From the NCBI GenBank assembly GCA_001949185.1, contig BDGG01000010.1, positions 225,337 through 289,336 of the forward strand: 64,000 nucleotides of DNA. Direction: 5' to 3'. The notes below the pieces were generated by a model. It was given only the letters and a program-made list of their open reading frames with translations. It was not told the origin of the DNA and ran no database searches. Both the position numbers and the translations under genes were made by a program. Numbering within the stretch: position 1 is the stretch's first letter; each line of letters begins with the position of its first letter. This DNA comes from Ramazzottius varieornatus (lineage: Eukaryota > Animalia > Tardigrada). This document shows positions 43,255 to 54,611 of this stretch, piece after piece.

Positions 43255-43609
43255 TTACTTGTGGTTTTTAGCCACATTTCGGAGCTCCTCCATGCGAAGG
43301 ATGTCCATATCGGACGCGTCCGAGCAGTGGGACTTGCGTCGCTCCCGCCCAGACTTGCCACGACGGACACCGAACAACCAAACGAGTCCGCCCAAACCGA
43401 AAACCAACAAGGCCCCGATCACAATCAGGGCAATCTGACCTGGCGTGAGTCCTCCGGGATCCTGTTGGGATGGGGTGGTGGCAGGAACCTCGGGGATAGG
43501 TGGTGGCAGGAACCTCGGGGATAGGGGATAGGTGTGCTGTTGGTCGGCAGAGTGGTGGACGACCCGCTCGTGGTCATTGCGACCGTCGTCGTGGTGGCCA
43601 GGTCGACAA
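43255..43609 (-). pseudogene. Orphan terminal exon of a type I membrane protein (Thr-rich stalk, TM, tail)
   Basis: Acceptor, then VDLATTTTVAMTTSG... and, in a shifted frame, PGGLTPGQIALIVIGALLVFGLGGLVWLFGVRRGKSGRERRK...HK*; 7-nt and 25-nt tandem duplications (32 nt) break the frame. Confidence 0.6.
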
Positions 43610-43759
43610 CTAAAAACAAATCGTTTAAGTTGTCGCGGTGTCAGGCATTATGATAACAAGCGGCGAAATACTTTCATTGCATACTTTAACGCATGCAATG
43701 AAGGTACTTCGCCGCGTATTTGTAAGGGAAAACTATGTGACACCCATCCAACTTCTTGG

Positions 43760-45800
43760 GTACTTTTGCTGCATCCAGCGAACCCAAGTACAAGCCCGCC
43801 CAGGCCAACTTGCTACCACACATAAAGTTGAAGTGTTCTCGACCCGATCATCGTCCAGCTTCCAACCTAGTTTTCCTTGATTCAACATACTGTTTGCCAT
43901 CTCACCAAAAATTACTCGCTGGATAATCTGTCGGAATCGACATAGTACTAAAAAAAGGAGCGAGGCGAAGAATGCATCAACATTGACAGTTATTGCAACC
44001 GTTTTTGAAAATTATTTTTTCGGTTTCTTACAGACCTCCTGCGGTTTTGTTGTCGAGAAAAATTAGAAATAGGTCTGAGCTACAGAAAAGTGTGTCGAAA
44101 ACATGAATCCGTCGTTCGGAACCGGAGCTACAAATTCTCCCGCAAAACGGTTTTTCCGGCAAAGTGGCGGAGTTCCCTAGTTTCAATTCATTTGCCGAGT
44201 TAGTTCGATGTCCCTATGGCCGTTCCTGATTTTTACTGACAACTCAGATACTCAAAGGTGTACTGTCCTCAGACTGGGGATCGTAGCTCGCACCGAGAAT
44301 TCTGGAAAACTGTATTTCAGTAGCAGCGACATGTCGTACCCACCTTCGGTCGTATCAGACAGAATTTCAAAGCTATTTCTTAGTGTAAGCACAGGAGTTC
44401 TGTGCTAATCGAAACAGCTTGAAAAGTTTTCTGGACATCATGAACGAGTGCGCGGAAAAGATGCACTCTGAATTTTTTAACGCGAAAAGTCCAGGTGGTA
44501 GCAAGTTGGCCCGGGCAGGATATATTTTGGCGTTGTTAGCCTGGTAGGTCCCAGGCAGCATAATACCGACAACTGATGGGACTATTAATCAGTGCGCGTG
44601 CCGGAAAGTCTGTAGAGTTCTATCCAGACGTGAGTATCGCATATATCCCCGTACTCGGGATCTATCTTTCAGAAATGAAGGACCCACAAAACACAGGTCA
44701 GATTCCCGAGTACTGGGATATATGCCGAACTCACGGTTGGACAGAAGTCCACAGATTTTTGGCACGCGCATCGTTCAGCAATCCCATCGGTCGTCAAAAA
44801 ATATTTTGCTGCATCCAGCATCTAGCTCGGTCATCCATGCTGTAAAAGGCAAAACTCACTGGATGCAGCAAAATACTGACGACTGATGGGACTGTCCATC
44901 TAGGTGACTGCCGAGAAACTATTGGAGTTACCTCAAGACAAGGAGTTGGCAGACGTTGAAAAAACTACAGATATCTAGTCTGGAAAACCGAACTGGTACA
45001 AGTTCTCAACCATCCAGACTCGAGATCCGTAGCTATTCCAACGTCTGCCACCTTCGTATCTTGAAGTAACTACAAGAAGATTTTGGCAATCACACAGGTG
45101 TTCAGTCCCGTCGGAGATGGATAGTCAGCCAATTCCTCATAAATTCTGACGGGACAGCCCGAAGGAGTGAACATCACAATTTATGCTGAATATGACTGAA
45201 TATCCATCTCCGATTGGCCTGACCATCTATGAAGTTACCGAGAAACTACTCCGGCTGCGAGAAGACACACGGATGGCGGGTTTTTCAAAAGTTATAGATG
45301 AGTTCAGCACCATTCACGCCACGAACTATCCGGTGAACTGTGCGCATCTGCCAATCCGTCCATAACTTCTTGAAGTCCCGCCATCCGTGTATCTTCCCGC
45401 AGCCAGAGTACTTTCTCGATAACTGTATAGATGGTCAGGCCCAGCGGAGGTGGATATTCGGCCACATTCAGTGCGATTGTGCTGATCACTCCATCGAGCT
45501 GCAAAGAGATCTGCTCGTACTGAATGTGGCCAATTATCCATCGGCGCCTGGACTGACGACCATCAGGACCACCGCAAAACATTGAAAGCAGAATACTTGA
45601 CATATCTATACATCTCTAACGAGAGTGTATAGATCTGGCAAGTATTCTGGGTAAGAGATACAGAGATAAGTACTTGAAGAGCACCTACCTTGCTGAAAGT
45701 ATCCTTTGGGTCGAAGGATGGGAGGCATAGTGCCGCTGCTGTTTCCTACGAAGAAACGAACATCTTTCCAGCAAGGTAGGTGCTTTTCAAGTACTTATGT
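43760..45800. repeat. Array of long inverted repeats/hairpins inside the hAT element
   Basis: Hairpins at ~44575-44788, ~44885-45111, ~45184-45470, ~45591-45647 and ~45667-45798, plus long-range pairing of ~43795-43819 with ~44495-44520. Confidence 0.85.
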
Positions 45801-46553
45801 ATTCGTCCTTACCTTTGGATGGAAGTTTCGGCGGAAGACAAGTCGGAGCCGGCGATCTGCAGTAGGGACGGCGCACCGAAATATGCAAATTCAAAATGTA
45901 ATTTCTGAAAACAACAACAAACCAAACCGCGGGTGTCTACTGGACTTCCGCTTCGCATTATTGTTGCGAACTACTGGTTTTGTTTCCCGCTTTTCCGCGA
46001 CCACTGTGCACGTACTTCACTTAATTATGGGTCGGGACAAAATTATGGGCCACGCGTTTTTGAGCAAGCTAGAAGGCTGATTGTTTTGGGTCTCACCTAG
46101 GACCTTACAGCTCCATAAGCTATGTGACTAAACTTCAGTGGAGTCAAGCATTGCACTGATTTCCGACATAAACAGGTTCCCATTAATTGCGTCCATGCCC
46201 GTGATTAGACAAAGTACGTGTACAGACTCACTGGTTCTTCATTGATGGTGCATTTGATTCTCGTTAGCTCTCGGGAGTGGTTGGCGGCATATCCCTATGG
46301 TAGTTTGCACTTAACGCAGAGTCTTAGCCATCAAGTAAAACTGTTTAAGCTAAGATTCGCGTACGATGGTCTGGAAGGTACCCCCGTAAGCTCTTATCTG
46401 CGTCTGCAATGCATCGATCTCATACTGGACTGCACAATAGTGTTGTTTATTGGTTTTATTACGGAGATGAAAGTAGTAATGAAGATAATTCAACAACAGA
46501 TCGAACTAAACAAGAGCATCCATCGTGAGAAGTATTAAGCATCAAAAGTCTAA

Positions 46554-47443
46554 TTAAACGATGTTATTGTTTAGCAAGCCAAGAGGCTCCGACTCCATCG
46601 GAATGTTGTTCCGGCCAACGTTGGGAACTTCTCGTGCACTGCGGCGTCGTCGTTTGATGAGGAAAACCGTAACCAGGAAAAGGACAACAAGAATGGCCGA
46701 TGCACCTCCAGCAGCCAAGTAGGAACTCTCGCTGATAGCGGTGTCAACGCCTAAAATGAATTAGTAACGCAGATGTGTCAAAGAACGATGAGTCGTGCTA
46801 GTTTCTCACTTTTAATCGAAAGTTCCTTGATGGCGCGTCGCGGATCTTTTATAACGCCAAGGTTTGGACCATAGGTGACTGCAACCACGTACCAATGCCA
46901 GCTGTTGCCAATGCTGTCGGTGTTCAGAACGTAGTACCTGTAGAGAATAACATAAGCTTAGAGACGCTAGAGATAAAAACGTAGAACTTTGGATGACCTA
47001 GTTCCTCCGGTCTCTCGTAACAGCAGTGAATGCATTGGAAACATGTGATCAACGAAATGCTGCGTCCTTCCAACATTGACCAAGTTTTGAATAGCATAGG
47101 ACATATTGATGTTCATCCGGTTGGCCGCAAGCCGGATGACCTCTGTGCTAGACAACCAGCGGGTACTGCGAGCCCCAAGTCCCATAAAGCTTCGCCCGTT
47201 AATAACCACACTTCGCGTACTGACACCAGCGATCTCATCGTCAGAAACTTCCGCAAAAGGCAGTTCGGCATTGTGTAGCAAGGCTACAGCCCCCGCGGCT
47301 ATGAAGCCGCAAGCCGCTCCGTCCAACTGACCAGTGCGTATGGAATCCTGCACTGTAACCCCTGAAGCTCTCAGCCAGTCACGTAGCTGACCAGGAACTG
47401 GATCATTTCCCCAAAAGTCAATGATTCTGGCTGTATGCGTTAG
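46554..47443 (-). CDS. Putative cysteine-protease (Ulp1/C48-like) domain plus TM anchor, 3' of the transposase
   Basis: RIIDFWG...TGQLDGAACGFIA...RWLSSTEVI...|YYVLNTDSIGNSWHWYVVAV...|...SAILVVLFLVTVFLIKRRRR...NNIV*; exons 46810-46937 and 46554-46750 join in phase. Confidence 0.5.
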
Positions 47444-50400
47444 CTAAGGTAACTGGGCATCACCAAAGTTGGGAAAAAAAGGGAGTGTCGATGCAAGTTC
47501 CTGAATGTCGGCTTGGGGAACAGGTTCTTCACCCACCTCCAAGGGGAGCTCATCTGCAGTTATTGGGTCGTCCCCATCTTCTGCGTTATCAAGCTGAGCA
47601 CCGCTAGCGCCTGTTTGTTGCTCGTTGTCTAGCTCATCCAGAAATCTCTCACACTGTTGCTGCAGTTCTTTCCATTCTGGGTTCTGATCCATGGTTTCTT
47701 TGATGACAGTTTTTTTGACGAACCCGAAAGCCCGTTTGTCGTCAACAAAAATCTCACGTTTACACGGCCGGACGTAACTGCCTGAAATCCGACGATAAGG
47801 ATGATCGTCAAAGTATCGTCTCACTACCTCTGCTGGATCGATAACCCGGTTCTTGTGAAAAGCAATCAAAGCGAGTGCGTTCAGCCTGTCTTGTAACATG
47901 ACTGTCCGAAGCCTCGTTTTGATTCTCTTCAAACCGGAAAATGATCGCTCGTTGCTTGCTGTTGTAACTGGTACCACTGCAAAAATATCCAAGAGAACGC
48001 GAATGTTGGGATACAATCTACGCGGGCAGTTTTTCAGGGCCTCGCTAACGGTGTGCGGTAGGCGACCGATATGATGACTGATTAACCCATCTTGTGAGTT
48101 CCGAGGGGAAGTCTTCCGGACTGGAAAGGTCTGTGCGGTACATGTCGATCACGGGAGAGAACGAAGCAGCACCGGTAATATCCTGCCTGTTTTTTAGAAG
48201 CAAACTGGGAATGAGGAAAGCCATCTGGGAGAGAACTCCAGAACGTTTGCTAAACCTGACGGCAAGTTGGTTCATCATGTGGGTCAAGATCGGACGAGCG
48301 ACACGGTTACACATTGTATCGTAGGTGTCGTTGATGTTGCCTGTCTCGTTGCTTGGTCGGATGTTGTACTTTTGCAGTAGCCCAGTAGCTTTCGTCCAGG
48401 CTTTATGGTATACCGAATCTACAACAAGGGAGAAAACAGTTAAATAATTTCTTAGCACTTAGTCCTATAACCTTTTTTGAATGCAGTAGGAATAGTTACT
48501 GGGATATCGAGACCAGTAAGCAAATATTCAAAGACTAATTGTCAATCGGATTCGCCTAAATATACCTTCTTGTTCGAGTGTGGTGTTCCACGCTGATAAT
48601 GTTTGTTGGATTGTACCAATTTGGCGCATAGCCATAACATACTCATATGAGTCCCTTGTCTGAAGTGCGTCGCTGGCTGTCCTGGTGAGACCGAGGAACT
48701 CTTCCGCAATCTGAAGAAAACGCATGCAGTGAGTCATGCATATCGCCGTGAAATACCTACCGCTGCAGTGAGAACGGCTTCAAAGTCAAGCAAGCGGTTT
48801 AGAAGCAAGCGCGCGTCTTCCCTCGTACCTTCCTCCTGAAAAATGCTGCTCGGACCGGCGATCGACCCTAACGCTTGGACAATAGCATGATATAGCTCGA
48901 GGAAGGTCTCCGTGCTGGACGACAGTTCGGACCATCTGGTCGTACATGGAGTACTGACAGCATTCTTTTTCTGATTTAGTTTCTCAGCTTTCTCTCGCAA
49001 GACTGCTCCACGTTTCGCACTGCTGAAAAAGTTGCTCCACGTTTCGCACTGCTCCCAAATCCTTTAGTAACTTGACGTGCCGACCAAACTGTCCTGGCTG
49101 TTTCCTTTAGCGCTAGATTCAGCGAATGAGACCAGCAGTGAACGTACACCGCAAGAGGTTGCAGTTGCGAGATACGACCGTTTACACCAATATGGTGGCC
49201 GAAAAAATTTGGCCCCGCGTCATACCCCTGGCCACGAAGCCGCCGAATATCCAAGCCCAACGCCTTCAAACGGTCCATGATTACCCTGGTCAACTCTTCG
49301 CCTGTAACCACACAAAAGCGTCGTTGAGAAAGCACTGAAGAAGTTTACCGAAATTTGGAATGTTTGCACTGCAGTGGCACCTGTTGTTGGAAGACTTGCG
49401 TCGATGAACTCGAGGAACTCTTCGCGTATCTCCCCATCTTCCATTGTGTACCGTAGGATCAGAGAAAGCTGGTCCAGACCTCCTTCATCCGTAGTTGTGT
49501 CTAGTAGAAGAGAGTAGAATGGACTGGCGTGGACTTCCTTCACGATCTGTTCCTGGATCATGATTCGAATAATGTTCAACAGATCATCCTGCGGACCGTC
49601 AGTGACGTATAAAGAGTTTGCAGGACTCTGTTCGAGGTGTTCGCGTAGACCTGCAGTAACGCGGTTCATCGATATAAGTAACTGGGATCGACCAACTACG
49701 AGCTATCCTACAATAACACTGACCTGCATCCCCCGCGTCCTTCATCATGCACAGCAATGCGTTAAGTACACCGAACCTAAAATCGGTAAGCTGGTAGAAG
49801 TCCTCCACAGGTACAGGTGCATGGTTATCCTCGTGACCGCGCAGTGGAAGACCTAGTCTGACCGCTGTTATAATTGCTTTGACAATACTGGTTACGCCTT
49901 TTACGATACGCTGCCTAATTCGGAGCCCATTTCCCGTTCCTTGCGCGGCAACCGCCACATCGACAGGAAGTGTCCTGGCGTCCGGTTGTCTGTAAGTAAC
50001 ATATCGTGTTGTTGGGAAGGCGCCGATTATATGCAAGGGAGAAGCATATGGTTAAGCCGCTGTTATCAGCCAGATTCATTTTTCTCCAAAACTCATCGCT
50101 CTTACCTGAAATACTCTTCAATATGGATTACAGCATCGGTATGGTAGGAGGCTTCCTTGTGAGCTTTAATTTTAATTAGTGGGTTTTTAAAGTCTTCTAG
50201 TGGCCGGTGGACCATATACTGACGGCTGCTGTTCTGTCTCTGCCTGCCAAATCCGATGCTATAGTACTTGCAAAACACTCCGTTCTTCTTTCTGGACCAG
50301 ACTAGCCATGGGTTACTGGTTAGCCATTCTCTCTGAAAAATTCTCCGCTGGCGCCCATTGCCCGTGCTGGGAAATGTGAAGCTTGTGGGTGGTACCCATG

Positions 50401-51105
50401 GACTCTCGATTTTTTGCCGAATAACGGACCCTGGAATCGAAGCCAGTGGTACGGTTATCCATTCCCCAATGTCGGCTTCGGAAGGGCTCTCGGGCGCTGC
50501 CGACGTTGTGGTGGTCACGGTTGGGGGCCGGTCACTTTCATCCATAACGTCACAAGAGGGATTCCTGTTAGTTAGCTGCGGTGGAAAGTGCACGGGCAAC
50601 AGCGGGCACGAGTTTTCCAAAGTATTCATTTCAACATCGTTGCAAGTGGTGGAAAAGCCTAACAAGAATCCGCATATTGAGTAATGAGAACATGTGTGAT
50701 GCTTTAAATACCCTGTACGGTCATTGTGCGCATCTCCGTACCGGTGGTTGCTTCCGTTGTTGAAGAAGATGGCAGACCTTGAGGGGTAGATTCGTCCTCC
50801 AGGGTTTTTGATGTCGAAGACTCTGTTGTCTGGATGGAAAACTGCGACATTTTTTGTTGGATGGTTCGGCGTTTGGTGGGAGGACCAACAGGCAGGGCTT
50901 GACCGTCGCGCTTCGCCGACGAGACGGATGGAAGAGCCATGTCGTAGCAGGACTCCGGCAAGGGTTGCCTATTCAGCCATGACCGTGCCTCGTTCAGTGG
51001 GGCCTCGGCAGAATACGCAATGTTAGGAGAGCCTGGTGTTGGCACCCCATACTCAAACATGGCTTCGGAACCCTTGTCAAAGCGTGACATGGAAGAGTCG
51101 TACAT
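47444..51105 (-). pseudogene. hAT transposase (TTF-type Zn finger, DUF4371-like, DDE core, hATC dimerisation; ZMYM1/THAP12-like), frameshifted
   Basis: FQREWLTSNPWLVWS...GVFCKY; LPLRGH; YSLLLDTTTD..LDQL; RGQGYDAG; HCWSHSLNL; TTRW; YPNIRVLLDIFAVVPVTTASNERSFSGLKRIKTRLR..M.QDRLNALAL; frame disruptions at ~48080 and ~49004-49053 (21-bp duplication). Confidence 0.9.
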
Positions 51106-51188
51106 CTTCCACGTTACCTTGAAATGAACGCAGGCACCAATAATCCTTCGAGTCTTTAGTGCATCTGATCCAACTTAGTTTATTTTAC

Positions 51189-51815
51189 TTACCTCGCCGA
51201 AGGTGAATCCATCAGTGGCATTCTCGCATGGTCCACAAAAAAAGGAACAAACTCGACGAGCTTTTCGTTTTGCAGGTCTGCTTCAGCGTCAAATGGGCGG
51301 TGTACAGTGCGATCACCCACAGGAACAAACTTAACTCCTTTATACAGAGCCACAGTTCCCATAAAGTTTCGGGAAGGTAGAAGCTCTCGACAAGAGCCCA
51401 CACTGTAGTTGAGCCCACCAGGACATTGCAAAATATCAGTCTTGTCGTATATACCGTGAAGTAGAAACGCATCTTGGTCATACGGGACCTGACTTGTTAG
51501 ACCGTCTCCGGATGACAAAGGCAGAACGATCCTGGACTTGAGTGACTGACGATCCCAAATAACAATGTGGTAAGAGTCGAGATTATGGTGGATGGATCCT
51601 GACAACTCCCGCTTGGTCCGTCCATCGCATACCTGCTCTATCTCCACGTATCCTCCTATTGCATAAACTTTGCCGGAGTGAACAACTGCACTATTGCAAT
51701 TTATTTCTGCAATCCGGTACGTACAGCATTGTCCGTGAAAAACACTATCAAAAATTACAACAAAGAGGAAAAACCGGCACATGTTTAGGTAGCTAATGTA
51801 CTTTGACAGAACCAC
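51189..51815 (-). CDS. Unknown cargo ORF in the hAT element (hydrophobic N-terminus, GKVYAIGG, RTKR)
   Basis: 208-aa open frame ending at a strong AG|GTAAGT donor. Confidence 0.45.
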   Translation of the reverse strand: MVLSKYISYLNMCRFFLFVVIFDSVFHGQCCTYRIAEINCNSAVVHSGKVYAIGGYVEIEQVCDGRTKRELSGSIHHNLDSYHIVIWDRQSLKSRIVLPLSSGDGLTSQVPYDQDAFLLHGIYDKTDILQCPGGLNYSVGSCRELLPSRNFMGTVALYKGVKFVPVGDRTVHRPFDAEADLQNEKLVEFVPFFVDHARMPLMDSPSAR

Positions 51816-52321
51816 GCCACAGAATACTGCAAAATATTCTGTCCTCCCTTTATGTATACCAGAAGCTCATTTGATACGCACATAATTAACAACCGTAATA
51901 AGTTATGAATCCGTGAGGCACAGTTTAATCGCACTGAAGCATCCGGTCCTTCTTTTAATTTCGCCCGTCGGAGATTTGTAATCGACGAATTATTCTTAAT
52001 CGTGAGCATTTTGCGAATTTTAAAAGTCCCAGGTTCGTTATACATGTCAAACTGTCGAACTGGAGGTTGTCGACGTGACTAATAACGCTAACTTTCGATC
52101 TAAAGCATAGTAATGATAGTCATTTGTTCAGATTATGATTTTTTTGCCCATATTTCATCCAGATACTCCACACTTGAGCAACGCCGCATTTTCCGCGCAT
52201 TATTTGCAGACTTCACTGCGTGCCTGTCTTAACATCTCAGCGAAGTTTTTTGTATAGTTATCCTTCACGAGATTAAAGTTAACAGTCCACTTCATACTGT
52301 ACACGCGCGTGGCCTAAATGT

Positions 52322-52445
52322 GAGCATGGACAAAACTGTGGGCCACGGAACGAAGACGGCACGGGCCAGCCGGGGTTGACCAATCCATTAAATCAATCGG
52401 AGCAGCGCCGCTTTCACTCCGTGGCCCACAGTTGTGCTCATGCCC
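52322..52445. mobile_element. Small palindromic MITE (TIR G(A/G)GCATG..CA.AACTGTGGGCCACGGA); related degenerate copy at ~46029-46200
   Basis: AACTGTGGGCCACGGA and TCCGTGGCCCACAGTT form an inverted pair; no TSD seen. Confidence 0.55.
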
Positions 52446-52649
52446 AGAAGTAGGCGTGTGTACTGGTAGTTACGTTCAAAAACCGGTCAGAATGGCTAAC
52501 AGGTAAAAAAAAATTTTCGGCCAGCCAGAGGCTGCTACCTTTGCTTCCATTTTCCCAGCTATTTTCCCAGCCTGTCGAGGCTGAGAATTTGGACTTTGGG
52601 ACAGGCTGAGTCTCGTCAGCCTTATGGGTCAACGCGCCCCTGATCTGGC

Positions 52650-53076
52650 TAGAGCCCTGCAGCAGTAGCTGAAACCAGTGCTGCTTCTGCACTGCATCGG
52701 GTTTCCAGAAACTGCAACTGCACTGCATCTGCAATTTTCTGCTGTTTTCCAAACTGCAACTGTACCGCACTGCACTGCATTTAAAAATTCAGAGTTTCTG
52801 CCGGTCAGCGGAAATACATGTCAAACACATCGTAAACGTCATTGTTCTACGGAGATTTAACCCAAAAACGGTAGAATCCAGCCAGAAAATGCAGAAAAAG
52901 CTGATTTTGCTATTGTTTTAAGGCAACAAAAGTATACTGCGACGAACGGTGCTCCTTTTTTCAAAGCTGCAACAGCACTGCACCTACACTTTCTCACCAT
53001 TTCGGCGACTGCAACTGCACTGCATTGCAGGAAAATGCAGCGCAGTGCAGAACGTACCGCATGTTGCAGGGCTCTA
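52650..53076. mobile_element. hAT-type MITE with TIR TAGAGCCCTGCA and CTGCA/TGCAG subterminal repeats
   Basis: 12-bp perfect TIR; TSD AATCTGGC at 53077-53084 and, displaced by the later large insertion, at 42843-42850. Confidence 0.88.
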
Positions 53077-53221
53077 AATCTGGCCGCATGCGCTGCACTG
53101 TACCGAAGCTGTGCTGCGCTGCAGCACAGCTGTAGTACGGAATCGACGGAATTTGTGCAGCACAGCACAGTATGCAGCAGGAAGCCGAAGACTGCCGCGC
53201 AGATCACGTACTGACACTTAA

Positions 53222-53977
53222 TGCCCCATTCGTGCTTACGCGTCGGCGACAGAAGTCAAAGGCGAGAGGTTTGCAATCAAGTAATGCGGCTGTTAAAGGT
53301 TCGGAAATTTTTGATGCAGGCATGATGTTATAACTTTTTCGCTAAGATTTTACTCTCTGCACCTTTCCGTGAAACTGCGTGTCGTTCTTACTTCAATGCG
53401 GCAGAAACGGAATTTCAGGTCAGGTCATGCCATATGGTGTGGTGTCATGTCATAAACCACAACCAGTTGGAAGTGGCCGACTGTTTTTGCTCTTACAACA
53501 TTCCTTTCATGCCTTTTTTCTTTCGTCTGAGCGTTCTGATCCTCAAATTCAAGTTCGATAATGTTGACCAAGGCTCAAATCCTTCGCATTGGAATGAAGT
53601 ACTGGATGTATAGACGTTGGAAACTTCTGAGACTGGCCAAGGCATATACCTCGATAGATTCTATGCAAGAGATCCTGGGTGAGTACAGAAGGGGTTGTAT
53701 AACCGGAAGATAGAAAACACGCCAAAGTGAAAATCCGCCAGAAAAACATTTTCCACAGGCTGCTCAACCCGATTCCCGTAGGTTGCGAAATACGGCACTA
53801 AACGGAAACGTTAAGGCGAAAAACCGAGCGGAAAAAGCAAATCAATGGACCTTTCGTATTCAAGAACTTTTGTTGCAGTCGCAGAACTTTTGCCGCTGGA
53901 AGTGCGAACGATGACTTCACCAAAAAACCGTTTTCACGGCCGTCTTCTGTCGCCAACGCGAGAGCACGAATGGGGCA
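53222..53977. mobile_element. PIF/Harbinger (Tourist-like) non-autonomous element
   Basis: ~34-bp TIR TGCCCCATTCGTGCT..CGCGT.GGCGACAGAAG with a TAA 3-bp TSD on both sides. Confidence 0.85.
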
Positions 53978-54102
53978 TAACACATACTGGAGTTTTTGAA
54001 AATTCGAACTTCAAGCATCTCAGCTTTGCCTTACTTTAGCGCAGATTTTTCCAGCTTGACCACCGATTTCGCTGACAAAACTGTACTAGCTAGTGGTTCC
54101 GA

Positions 54103-54611
54103 TAAGAATATAAATTCCAGGCCGAATACCCTTGGAATGGAAAATAGGAAAGGAATTCCTAATATTCCTATATTCCTATTTTCTTCTTCAGAAGGTCCTC
54201 GCAAGCGTCTGGAATTCCAAAGTCCCATTTGCCAGTTTAGTTCTTTTACATACCCATTTGAAACAGTGAACATGACCTGAAGTCATCAACAAATATGGTT
54301 TTGCGACTTACGCACAGTTGAATGCGCCGCATACTCTAGTGCGACAGATCGAAAATGCTTTTGGTCGTTCAGTTGAACGACCAATTAGCCTCGGTGGTAC
54401 GCATGTGTGAGCCAGCATCGGGTTCAGTTTTTCGACAAGATCTGCTGGATCTTCGACTGTTGACCTCGTGGAATTCCTCAATTTTCTCCGATTTCCGCTA
54501 GTTTTCCAAATAGGAATTCCACCGTTCCCATCGGCTACCCCTTGGAACGGAGCAGGATTCCAGGAATGGAACGGAGTTTGGAAAGGATGGAATTAGGAAT
54601 TTACAACCTTA
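54103..54611. mobile_element. hAT-type MITE with TIR TAAGGTTGTAAATTCC and GGAAT/ATTCC subterminal repeats
   Basis: 8-bp TSD GGTTCCGA/GGTTCTGA (7/8); left TIR degenerate; a matching empty site is seen at ~37277. Confidence 0.78.

Larger units (their letters stand above)
42852..52642 (-). mobile_element. ~9.8-kb hAT DNA transposon with cargo
   Basis: TIRs CAGGGGCGCGT (42852-42862) and ACGCGCCCCTG (52632-52642); perfect 8-bp TSD ATCTGGCT (42844-42851, 52643-52650); AGGCTG/CAGCCT subterminal repeats; internal hAT transposase. Confidence 0.92.

Noticed and set aside
45183-45603. Two opposing ORFs with similar peptides (…GLTIY…EK…LREDTRMAG)
   Set aside because: They are the two arms of one inverted repeat; the homologous neighbouring arm contains stops, so coding is not supported.
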